Shown: piece after piece, positions 47,684-59,624 of the stretch
Position numbering within the stretch: position 1 is the first letter of the stretch
Layout: the number at the start of each line of letters is the position of its first letter
DNA from: Phoronis australis
Taxonomy: Eukaryota > Animalia > Phoronida
Reading direction: 5' to 3'
Assembly (NCBI GenBank): GCA_002633005.1
Contig: NMRA01000281.1
Span: forward strand, 389,123-453,122
DNA: 64,000 bases
Translations under genes and position numbers: made by a program
Notes under the pieces: model-generated
The model's input: the letters and a program-made list of their open reading frames with translations, nothing else
Database searches by the model: none
What the model was told of the DNA's origin: nothing

Positions 47684-50600
47684 CATTTATTTTTTTCAAT
47701 TTTGCATTGATAGTGACATTTAAACAAGCTTGTCCGTAGAATTTAGAATTGAAAACATATAAGTTTTCAGTTTCGCATGGAGAGTGACAATTAAGCAGGC
47801 TTACTTGTGGAATTTAGAAAAACAAAAATTAATTTTACATATACAGTGATAAATATGCAAGCTTGTTTTTAAAATTCAGAATAAAAAACCTTAATGTGGC
47901 CATAAACCTGTGCTTTGTCCACTATTTTTGGATTAAATGGGCAAACGAAGAGAAGTTTGGGCAAGGAAAAGACAAATGAGCGTTTTCAAAAAATATTTTC
48001 CAAAATTGAAATGTTTGAAAAACGGTTTTGCGTGGCCATTTGTTCGTTTGTAACAAAACAGTTGCCACTGTTTTTACATTTTTCCCTGGTAATGGGATTT
48101 TTAACATAGTGTTCTGAATATTGGGTACAAATAACACAGCACGGGAGTAGATTTGATGAAGTTTATTTGAGGTGTGTTGGCAATTTCTACCTGGCTCACG
48201 GCTCCATACAGAAGCGGTGGTATGTACCAGAAGGTTTAGGTACCAGATGGGTACGACAAAACGAATAAAGTAAACTTGCGGGTTAACGCCTTGCGTGCTT
48301 AAATTGGAAAACCCTGAGACAGGGGGTAGGCGATTACTCTAGCAGTGGGCGCTTAACCGAAAAATTGACGAAAAGTAGGGGATGAGCGATTACCCGGGCT
48401 TGGGCTGAAATATACTGTACACTAACAGTACCAGATGGGTACACATAACCTTCAACTGGGCGATAACAATACAGAATACGCGGGCTCCGGATAGGCTGAG
48501 GTGTTCTGATTATAAATGAAGGAAGTATAATGTAAAAGAAGATGGTCAACACACTGAGAAGTTCACGACCATATCTCGTGCCCCACGAATCATTCTTTCT
48601 TAGCTCACTAGTTCAGCAGTTACGTCAGGATGATGTTCACAAAGCAGGAATGTCATAAAAAATGGTTGTTGTTTTTTTCATGTAGGTGATGCCGATTAAT
48701 GTCCTCGATGACTCATGTTTCTTATATGGTTATGAGTCATCGGAAAATTCGTCTGCCTGTGGTGTGCTTGCATACATGGGACGAACGCAAGACAGAGTAA
48801 TTTCAGTGAATGGACTTTATCATTGCTGCGACGTTCATGCGCAAGGTTACGAAAAACATAATTTGATCACTCACTCCAGTGACCAGTTGTACGCCAAGTC
48901 CCAAATAGGGACTCAACTATGTTCCAACGTTTCACCGCATTTGTGGACTTGTGAAAACACTGATTGTTCTTTTTAATGCTGTTTTATGCTCATTATTGAA
49001 TCAATTTTCCACTTTGATAAGCACCGAGAATAAACTCCGAACATTGAACTCTCAATATTACTAAAAATAAAATAGGGTAATTTTGTCGCGCAACACCCCT
49101 AATTATTTTCATTGTCACAAAGAGGTCTCAGTGTTTATTAAGTTATTAAAAAGTGTAATTTGTCATCAAAGGAACTGATAATAAAGATGTGATGGAAAAA
49201 TATAACATTTATAAATAAACACGCAGACGACTTAAAGAACTTTGTGAAACTTTTTAGTGCAACCAGGCAAGGAATTTTTTGTATCAAAATGTGATACAAC
49301 GAATTATGATCTTTGATACGGGTACAAATAATACCCTAAAAAAGCCGCGTGTGTCCTTGCATTCTGTAACACTTCTTGCAGAAAATTTTAGTGGTTGTTG
49401 TCCCTAGCAAAGCCGTGGTTATAACTAAGATCGCCTGCTTTCGTCACGTAAAATGTGAGTGTTAAAAGAAATCAAACTTGGAGATGAGTCTTGTCTGGCT
49501 TCAATTACAAACAATTTAAAACCAATCAAAATGGCGTCTAAATCACAGACTTGTCTGCTTCCACTCGCTTGTATTGGCTTTCAAAGGCTTTTTGACAAAC
49601 GTAGCAAATTTCTGGGAAAATTACGTTTGCTACCCCTCCCCCCCCACACCTCCAAGTAAAATAACTCCTCTTGAACTTCTCATTACGACTTTCTACAACT
49701 TAGGGGTTCCAACTGTGTCAGCAAAACCTTACACCGCTAATCAACTTCACTGTATACGATTCGATAATTCTCTAAATGATATCCATAAGACCACTTACCC
49801 ACTCTTGTTTTAGGTAACTGTTAAAAAGGATGAGAGATACCTGACGTGCACTGATGGCCGCCGATTTGAACTATAGAAAAATCCAATACTGGACATTCAG
49901 CAGCTTGCTGTCTTATCTGGAACTGAGACCACTGAACAAGAAAACAATTGTATGTAACTTTGCCCGATGATGTTTCATCCATTCTCAGACCTCCAAGTTA
50001 TCACTTGTAATCTTATTGAAATTATGTCAACAATAATGATACTGTAGTCGATAACTCACCTCTCTTCAGTCACATGCTTTTAGCAGAGTTTGCAACTTGA
50101 TTTTTCGCATACAGACCATTATGTAAACGGTTGTCTTCCTTAAAAAACTAACTAGATAACTTAAACCCTTCACACCACGGTCATAAATGCTTGAATTCGC
50201 TTACCAACAATTTTGGTAAACTTTCTTCTTCAATTTGAACTTTTAATCCAGAAATAAACGCAAAAAACAAAATGTTATGTGACTTCATCAGTGGATCCAC
50301 TCTCCGTCATAATGTTGTTCAACAGCGTACAGATGCGAGCCGTATTGATTTCGAAAACTAGTGAATTCGACTGAGCATTATGAAAAGTTGCATGTGCGAG
50401 GTATGCAGTAATACCAATCTGACAGACGATATTTCACCTGAGTTTTTGCAAAAGACCCCTGAGATAGGCCACAACTAGCACAAGTTCGAGCGCTGAACAC
50501 GGCCGCGGTGCGGGCCCGTAGCAAGCGATCAGTTCAGGGGCCATGCTATGTTCAGCCCATTTTGAAGAATCGTGTTTCGATCCGACTCAGAAACGGAGAT

Positions 50601-51974
50601 TTGATGAAGGTTTCTCCAACGCGTAATTCCACTTGATGGAGAAAAAGTGTATTGCGTTATACCATTGCTAGGAACGTGTCAGGCACATATTGACGAGTAT
50701 GAACCTCAGTGCATCAAATTGTGACATATAATGAATATGACTGCAGTAAGTTTCCATCAATCTATTCTTGTTCAAGATTTTGTGGGAATGCTTGCTATCC
50801 GCATATATGTCAATGCCCAATAGTAAAAAATGGGATGAATTAAGATGTCACGCAAATAGTTTGAGGTCATGACGACGACAGCCGGCACAGGGCTGGCTGG
50901 AGTCCGACTCTAGACCGAACTGAGCGACGAATCACAACGGCACAAACTTTTCATAACTTTGGAAAAGATAAGACAGAAACGAGTATAATTTACCAGAAAT
51001 AACATGTAGTTACCATCAGTGTAATTAGATGTGATAGTTCCTGACAAACGCACTCGTCGTTCAAATTAGAAATCATTATAGCAGCTATTCGCGCAGTCAG
51101 GGTAAAAACTTCGCATATTACTCGACATTAAAATGGTTAGAAAATTAAATCGTGATTCAATAAAAGTCTTTAATTACTACTCTGAAGTCAGGCCTGTCCG
51201 CAGACTAACTAGGCTCCGACTCGGCTTTACTCGCGTCGAACTTCGGACACCTGCGCGGGAGGGTCGAGTTCGTACGGCCTCAAGCACGCAAAACCTGCCG
51301 ATATGGCGAGGTCTAACTCATTACCAGTTTCACCTATGGCCTGATTTTCGTCTTTACCCCATAGCCATAACTATACTCATAAAGCTTGCTCTTTAAGTCT
51401 TCGTAACTTACAAAATCACTACTCAGTACCCGCCATTAAAAGTTATATTCATTTATGAAGATCGTTTTATAACCATCTTGCTGCACGTACACGGCATGAG
51501 GTCTATCAAACTTTCGTCAACTTTCCTCTGTGCACCGACAAGTCAGCACCAAGAAGCCAACAGCTTAGGCCAAGTACATCTTGTTTACTCTCAAGAGCCG
51601 TACTACCGCTTTTATCCTACTTACCCGTAATAATCTCGTTTTCTCGTAAGAAGAACATGGTTGTAAAACAAACAGAGCATAGATATTTGCAGTTTCAATT
51701 GCACACAGTCATTATTGCTCTAGTGCAGAATACTTAGTATAAACCTTTTCACGCATAAATTGGATACAACTGGCTCTTCAATGACGTCATACTTTCATAT
51801 GTCTTTGTTGACTCACTCTGAACCGGCCCATGACGACTTTCACCAACTATGCCATAATATACAATGAAACCCGTTCCTGTAACTTGACTTATTCGTGCAT
51901 TATGACGATGTTTGTCTTCCTCCACGTGTACTGAAACATGCAAAGTTTAATGCTCCGCCGAACTCGGAGGTAAA

Positions 51975-54047
51975 ATGGTTAAAAGTAGAGGGGCCGGTAC
52001 GGTTAGATCAGCCTCACATGAAAATAAAGACGCTGATAAAGACAAACTAACTGTTCTTGAAGCCTTCGGCTTTACTGTCGACAAGAGCATCGGTTCAGGC
52101 TCCTACGCCACCGTTAAACGAGCATATTCCTCAAAGCATAAAACTGACGTGGCCATAAAAATAGTGTCCAAACGAAGAGCTCCAGCTGATTACATTAAAA
52201 AGTTTCTTCCACGCGAAATTGAAGTCGTCAAAATACTCCGTCATCCGTACCTGGTGTGCTTTATGCAGTCCATTGAAACTACTAATAGGGTTTACCTCGT
52301 GATGGAACTTGCTAGCGGTGGTGACCTGCTGGATGAAATTAAGAAGAACAAGCGCGTCATGGAGCCCCAAGCGGGGCTATGGTTTAGTCAGATGGCGGAA
52401 GGAATTGACTATTGTCACAGAAAAGGTGTCGCACATAGAGATCTAAAATGCGAAAATGTTTTGTTGGATTGTAATAGAAATCTCAAAATCACAGGTTAGT
52501 TATCAAGCCGGCTCACACCGACAGCGAAAGACACTTCATCAGAATGCGTAAAGTCGCGCCTAACGTTTCGCTGCGACCTCCTTGTATGACGTTTAGACCA
52601 ATTTTCGATTTTCCAGGCGCTTCACGCTATTGATTCCCTGGGCCATTGCACAGTTACTTAAGCTATATTTGCCAACTACTCGCCGCGCAGTTAGAAAACG
52701 AATCGAGCCGTTAATACGTAAAAAGTCGCAGATTTTTCGGCACAATGCCATGGTCGGATCCAGGATTTTGAGTTGGTGGGGGGGGGGNTTTTGCCTGTCA
52801 GACATTGGCACCCCCGAACTGCCCAATGGAATCTTGGAGAATTTTAGGAGGGGGGCCTGACCCCCTTGTCCCCCCTCTAAATCCGCCACTGAATGCTGCT
52901 TGACGTTTGTTGATTTCGGCCTAATTGTGCATTACTGTGCCAAATGATTTAAGCCAGAAATTGAACGTAATATTCTTTCAGATTTTGGGTTTGCAAGGTG
53001 CGATCTACCCTTCAACCCGGAAACAAACCAACCCACTCTGAGTCATACATTCTGCGGAAGTTATGCGTACGCACCGCCAGAAATACTTACAGGGACTCCT
53101 TATGATCCCTTCAAAGCGGACATCTGGAGTATGGGCGTCGTTGGATACACAATGGTAAATAACTCTTTTCGGGTGCTTTATTCAGATATTTGAGGGCACT
53201 GCAGTTGCGCCACTCAAAGAAAGAAATCGGCAACCCTCAGCTGAAGACCTCGGCAAACAAATTTTATACTTCGCATGCATCGGATTGCTAAATTTTTTTT
53301 CCATTGTATGATGAACATAAATTAAACATGTTCACTCCACGGTCTTGAGTGATATGATGTCCACTGAAGATATGACGTCATAATATCTATCACATTTGCT
53401 TTTGGCCAAAATATGAGTACAAACTTTGAAATCAGCGCATACATAAACAAAGACATTGCGTTAGTCGACGTTTCGGTTAATTATCACTAATCCATTCTCA
53501 ACACAAATGTTCTCAGTTCACAATACTCCAGTCAGGTAACACAGGAGAATGTATATAGCTGCTTTAAATGAAATTAAAAAAATTATGTAATCTCTGGTTT
53601 ACTCGCACGTCAGGGATACTGTGGTTGCAAACCCAGAATGAGTGATTTTGCACTTTTCAGATGTACGGGCGCTTGCCGTTTGATGACACAAATCATAAAC
53701 AGTTAGTGAAGCAAGTTTTTCAAGGAATGACCATACCCTCACACAAAGCAGACTGGGTATCAGACGAAGGCAACGACTTACTGCGAAAAATACTCGTACG
53801 AGTTAAGACACGAATTAGCATCGATGAAATTCGTGCGAATCCATGGGTTCTCCGCTACGCAAAGAAGGCCCCGGTGGGCGACAATGCGGGTAACGATACC
53901 CATAAAGGGAACGAGCGAAGGAAAAGTATCTTGAAACACAGGGACGACCCTCCGAAGGGTGAAGACGATGATGACATGTCCATTGTATCCAACGAGCAGG
54001 TCACTGTGGTGAAGCACAATGATTCCATTTCTACGGTCGTAACATGA
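51975..54047 (+). CDS. TSSK4: Testis-specific serine/threonine kinase, TSSK4-like, 3 coding exons, 359 aa
   Basis: Exons 51975-52494, 52982-53154, 53661-54047 (1080 nt). Intact kinase motifs [23 protein letters not shown] (split by intron 1) and [12 protein letters not shown], plus the TSSK signatures [11 protein letters not shown] and LPFDD. Family is secure; the paralog number is a best guess. Confidence 0.88.
52749..52891. mobile_element. Short CAGTGGCGGATC-type MITE in TSSK intron 1
   Basis: Ends catggtcggatccagg / ctctaaatccgccactg with G- and C-runs inside; aatgc on both sides as a candidate 5-bp TSD; contains one N. Confidence 0.65.
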
Positions 54048-56199
54048 TCGTAACTTAATCTCTATGAGGCAGCGTTGAAAACGTAATAGTTTTTTTCATG
54101 TGCGAGAGTTCAACCATCTTAAATCTCGCTATCAGAAAGCTCGCGTTGTTTGTTTGTGATCAAATTCATTGTGGATGGGTGGGCTCAGATTATTACGTCT
54201 TTTGTCTGTATGGCGGCCTTGGAAGGGGTGAACCTTATGAAACCAGGAAGGAAACGTGTAGAGCTTCACAGTTTTGTTGTGTGCTTTCAACTATCTTTTA
54301 TCCCGCTAACTGCTAGAAAGTTCGCGCTTATTGTCTTTAGTGTCCAGTAATTGTCAACAAATCTCCGAATGAAACAAGGCATGGACACGAGTACCTGCCT
54401 GACCTAAATAAAATATCACTATCGACAAGTGCGACTGCAAGGATACAAATCCTGGGTTTTGGAATCAGTATTTGTGTAGTCGACACACCGGTGGAAACGT
54501 AAAAATACTTATTGATCAAAACTAATATTTAAGTAAGGCAAATACCAAAGTAAAATAAGTTGACTGACCATCATTGGGACGCAGTGGCTACAATCGGGGA
54601 GACCCATGTGTAATTTTAGCCCGCACGGATCCGACCTCCCCCCTCGGGCAGACGTTTTCATGGGTAGTAGCACGGGCTTTCGCGAGTTTGACACCCCAGC
54701 CTTCTTACATCCGCCGATCCGCCAATGGCCAAATAAAAAATGAAATCTTTACATTTGGCCCCCTATACACAATGCAGCGAGGCACTGCTATAAAAGCTGT
54801 GTAAATGGCTGTTTGAACCATCCAGAGAGATTTGTTTTTGTTAGACGATGCAATTACATTGGCCACTAGCCCACATGCTGTGAGATGAATGTCTCACCGA
54901 GGCAAATTCCAAGGTTCATTTTGTCGGCACAGACTTACGTAAGGTGTGAACTGAGATTTCAGCTAGCTCTCCGTCCGAGAGCGATTTAGCCATTATAACG
55001 AGGCTACGTTATTAGTAAACAGCGTAAATGTAATGAAAAATGTTGTTGCGAGGTGATGCAATATTAAATGTACATTGGCATTGGCTACCGAAGGCCATCG
55101 GTTAATTTTACTTCACCTCGCCCGCATGCTGTGAGACATTCAGTACACATCACCACCACTTAAACTTTCCAAGCTAGTTTTATAGTGATTTTTATGATTG
55201 AAATATAAACATGTCTTTTGGCCATAGGCCCAAAGTATAACATGTACAAGACAGAACATTGTCAGGTACCGTCAGAAACAGGATATTATATTGGTGGTGA
55301 TTGAGAGCATGATGGACGAATTTTAGAAATAGGATATCCGGAGTTCTCATGAGGGATTCAAATTTAGATGTCGTGGGAGAAGTGACCGTAAAAACGATCA
55401 GTTAAGTACTTAACCCGAAGGTACGCACTGCAAACTGTATTCGTCCTCTGCACATCCCGAATTACATAACTCACACAACCTATTTTCATAGGGAATATTT
55501 GTATGGCGATCTCTTTCCACAAGTAACGAATGATTTGAACATCGCAATCGAGTCAGAGACTGGATAAAAACACGTGGTATACTAACTATTTCAAGTTAAT
55601 TCTCAAGACAATATATTGTTTTATACCTCACATTAAAAGGCAGTTTTGCGTTGCCATCCTTGCAAATAACAGTCGTTGACACGTTGAAAAAACTTACAGT
55701 CAGACTTTAAGAATTAAATAAAGTTCTGGTGCGGCGCTTGAACTTGGAATCCTCCGTGCGAATCATGGATCCTATTATTCATTAATTGAGGCGACCAGGA
55801 GGAATAAGTGAATCGTGAACAAGATCGACAATTATGGTAGTAGAAAAATAGTTGGTTAAATTTTACATTATTTTATTAAAATGTAATTTGATTTAGTGCA
55901 GTGCAAATTTTTTATCATCGTGAACGTAATTATTTGAGTGAACTTGCGAGTCGTGTATTCCAAGTTGAGGCGTACGCGACCTTGAGATTAGGCAAGATTC
56001 CAAGTTCACGCATGGCATTGACAGCAAGTTCACAATAATTCCGATAGGGGTCAGTTTTTTGCAATATGGCTGACTTGTGACTGTTTTGATGTGTTATATG
56101 AACTCAAGTTGTGAATAACTCTCTTATTTGCTGGTTAAAGGTAAGATTATGATTCAAAATTGGAAACTTGAAGTGCAAGAAAAGAACCTGTGAACGGAT

Positions 56200-56874
56200 A
56201 TAGTGGTCTCTGGTTCTTAGAACAAGCTACTTGGATAGATCAACCTGCCAGATGACACAGGCGTCCTCAGCTTCCGAGTGATCGTCCCATCGGCCCAATA
56301 CAATACATATTATACTACAAGGTATGACACTCGAGACTAGAAATTCCACGGGTGCTTCGATTCAACAGTCCATATTAAACACGTAACTCAATAAATTTAC
56401 ACAAAACAGGGGTTCAACAAACCATAGGCAATTGTTCTTATATTTATAGTCCGATTACCTCTCGTCGTCAGTCTCCAAAGGTCGTCCGCCATCTTGTTTC
56501 GCGTGCAGCGCTGCCACGCGGGACTTAGCGTTCCAATTTGGAACGCTCGTCTGCACGTTAGGTACTAACCTCTCGGGAGAAACACGCGTGGAAGAACTGA
56601 GACTAAAATTAATGCATTTACCGACTNATAGTGGTCTCTGGTTCTTAGAACAAGCTACTTGGATAGATCAACCTGCCAGATGACACAGGCGTCCTCAGCT
56701 TCCGAGTGATCGTCCCATCGGCCCAATACAATACATATTATACTATAAGGTATGACACTCGAGACTAGAAATTCCACGGGTGCTTCGATTCAACAGTCCA
56801 TATTAAACACGTAACTCAATAAATTTACACAAAACAGGGGTTCAACAAACCATAGGCAATTGTTCTTATATTTA
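56200..56874. repeat. 247-bp direct repeat (56200-56446, 56628-56874) across an N; probable uncollapsed haplotype overlap
   Basis: The copies differ at one visible base (tactacaagg / tactataagg). The second starts immediately after the N at 56627. Confidence 0.85.
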
Positions 56875-57331
56875 CGATTCACGGCATTCACGCCATTCAC
56901 GGTGTCCTGATCCAGCGAGTTCACAAGAAATTTGCAGTCAAAGCACAAAAATGTTCCCAAAAACCCAACACATACCTTGCACTTTGACGGTTCGCAGTTA
57001 AGGACGGTACGGAAATTACTGATGAGTTACAGATAGAATTAAAGCGTGAGGTAGGCCTATGTGTGGGCTTTTTGGGAACATTTTGTGCTTTGACTTCGAA
57101 TTTCTTGTGAACTCGCTGGAGCAAGACACCCTGAATGGCATTATAAGAAAGAAAATTGCTTATGGTTTGTTGAACCCGTGTTTTGTGTAAATTTATTGAC
57201 TTATGTGTTTGATATGGACCGCTGAATCGAAGCACCCATGGAATTTCTAGTCCCGAGTGTCATACCTTGATTGTAGTATTATATGTAGTGTATTAGGGAT
57301 GATCAGAAGCTAAGGACGCCTGTGCCAGCTG
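56677..57331. mobile_element. Foldback element with ~290-bp imperfect inverted arms
   Basis: cagatgacacaggcgtcctcagcttc...aaaatgttcccaaaaa versus tttttgggaacatttt...gaagctaaggacgcctgtgccagctg. Confidence 0.85.
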
Positions 57332-57399
57332 TATGCGTAGGCATAGCCTTAGTACAAAGCTGTATACTAAATATACTGATGTGAGTAAAAAAGTGCTAA

Positions 57400-57963
57400 G
57401 GGGTGTTCCAGTAAAATCTGTATGGGAGGGGGGAAGGCACCTTTTTTTCGCACCCACCACTCATATTTTTCATTTATTTCTTCAGCCTACCACCCGTAAT
57501 TTTTTACAAGTTTGAAATGCAACCACCCGTAATTTTTTTTGTTCTTGTGGTTGACTGCACAGGCGCTTGAGTTTATCTGTTCCTCCATCAACACTAACGT
57601 CATTCATTACTAAGAAAACATATGTTTCTTATATATGGTTATTAGCCATCGAGAAATTCGAGCACCTGTGGTTAAATGGTGTTATGGGCATGCCGATGAG
57701 AAGATCGGAGGGAGTGAAAAAGTCGGAGCTTTTTGCAAGTTGCATTTTTGTTTCAGTTTTTGATTCTGTGCGGATTGTTTATAAAATTTACTAAAATTAC
57801 CCACCATCAAACATTTATGACCCAATGAAACAACAACGACCTGTAAATTTTTATTTTTTTGAAGAACGACCACCAGCCATTTTGAATTTAAATCAAACGC
57901 AACCACCCATAAATTTTTATTTCAGTTGCCTTCCCCCCCACACAGATTTTGCTGGAACAGCCC
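57400..57963. mobile_element. PIF/Harbinger-type MITE, family H1, copy 2 (opposite orientation to copy 1)
   Basis: TIRs ggggtgttccagtaaaatctgtatggg / cccacacagattttgctggaacagccc with a TAA/TAA TSD. Confidence 0.85.
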
Positions 57964-58692
57964 TAAGATAAAATCTGACACAAAATTGGTGTCACTAAAA
58001 ACTAAAGTCTTCCTTGAGTAAACTTAATTATTTAATGGTGTTTGAACAAATGGCGTTCTACCGTTATTCTGCTGCTAAACTTGTGGAGCGATTGTTAGCG
58101 ACGGCTTTTGGTGCCATGAAATATTGCGTCACCTATTGGCCAGTTTCTTGTTTGCCAATTCTTTAATCAACTGTTTTTCTTCCACGAAGTTGCGTAGATA
58201 TCATTACAAATTATCGAAACTGGTTTCATTTATTTACAAGTTTCTAGAATTTTGATACCGAAAAACCGAATTTCAGAAGAAATTTTGTTGCTGCCAAGCT
58301 ATCATCTCCCGAAAGATGTTGCAAAAATTTAGGAAATGACGCGCACGCGTGTCACGAGTGTATTGTTTTCAAAACGACGTCATTACTTTTCTTTGTTAGA
58401 AAAAGCAGAGGATTACTCAAGAAATTGACGTTTGTTGCATTGTTTTTCACTTAAACGGCTGTAATGGGCAAAGTGAGTGTCAGTTGACTCAGATTTTGCA
58501 TGCACCCCGTCCAGTCTTTAGCTCTATATGCTGATGCTGGTTTCAGGGCGAGGTGACGAGCAGAACTACCCTGGCTGTATGCAATTTCGGGGTCTACAGA
58601 AGAAAAACACAGTGGTACCTAGCTGTATTTTGACGATAGTCTTCATACAGCTAGCTGGCTGGCTAGCATAGGCAATACTATGACAGTGACAC

Positions 58693-59624
58693 CGACAGTG
58701 ATCTGAGTGACCAGCGCCTCTAGCTGGCCTGTAGATACGGAAGTCTTTTGGCGAATTATGCCTCACACTGATTAAAAAAATCAAAGTCATGTTGTTATAT
58801 GTACCTTTTGCGCATGGAGGCCGTCGATGTCCTTTAATTCCTTACAACTCGAACAAATACTCCCGTTATCAAACTTTTTCTTCTAGCAGTACTTCATTCA
58901 GTTCCCAAAATCGGAAACTGGCCATTTTTAACACTGCGCACGGTAGGTGGTATGACATCATATCCCCTGGTGTGCACAGTGTAAAAATGGCCAGTAACTG
59001 AATGAAGAAAAAGCTTCATAACAGGAGTATTTGTTCGAGTTGTAAGGAACTAAAGACATCAACAACCTCCTAAGGTCTCCCTCTATGCGCAAAAGTACTT
59101 ATAACAACATGACTTTGATTTTTTAGTAAGTGTGAGACATAATTCACCAAAAAGCTTCCGGCGTATGAAGCTCCTATAGGAGCTACATTGTCTCTACTGA
59201 CCAGCTTAGAGACAGTGGTCACTGTCTACACCACCTATAGCTGGCTCACAGGAGAAGATTTGAAGCTGCTATAGGCGCATCATATGCCGGAAGCTTTTCG
59301 GTGAATCATGCTTAATACTGATTAAAAAATGATTGTCTTTGTAGCATATTTTGCGCATAGAGGGACACCTTAGGGGGCCCTCGATGTCTTTTATTCCTTC
59401 CAAAAAAAAACTGAACGAAAGACTACTCGAAGAAAAAGTTTGATAACAGGTATATTTGTTGGAAGGAATTAAAAACATCTATGGCCTCCTGATGTGTCCC
59501 TCTTTGCACAAAAGGTACTTACAATAACGTGACTTTGAGTTGCCGAAAAGCTTCGGGCGTATGAAGTGCCTGTAGGAGCTTCACCTCCTCTACTGAGCTA
59601 GCTACAGAAGGTGGTCACTGTCTA
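58693..59624. mobile_element. Two adjacent palindromic MITEs of family F1
   Basis: 58693-59228 and 59229-59624 are each self-complementary, both end gtggtcactgtcta, and both align with 4241-4757. Confidence 0.8.

Noticed and set aside
49811-49950. Coding exon (MAADLNYRKIQYW...)
   Set aside because: Splice-like flanks but no recognisable protein or in-frame partner; at most a non-coding exon.
52521-52573. Type II hammerhead on the minus strand (GAAACGTT..CTGATGA)
   Set aside because: Stem I is mismatched, and GAAA is sequestered in an 8-bp inverted repeat instead of closing stem II; probably chance.
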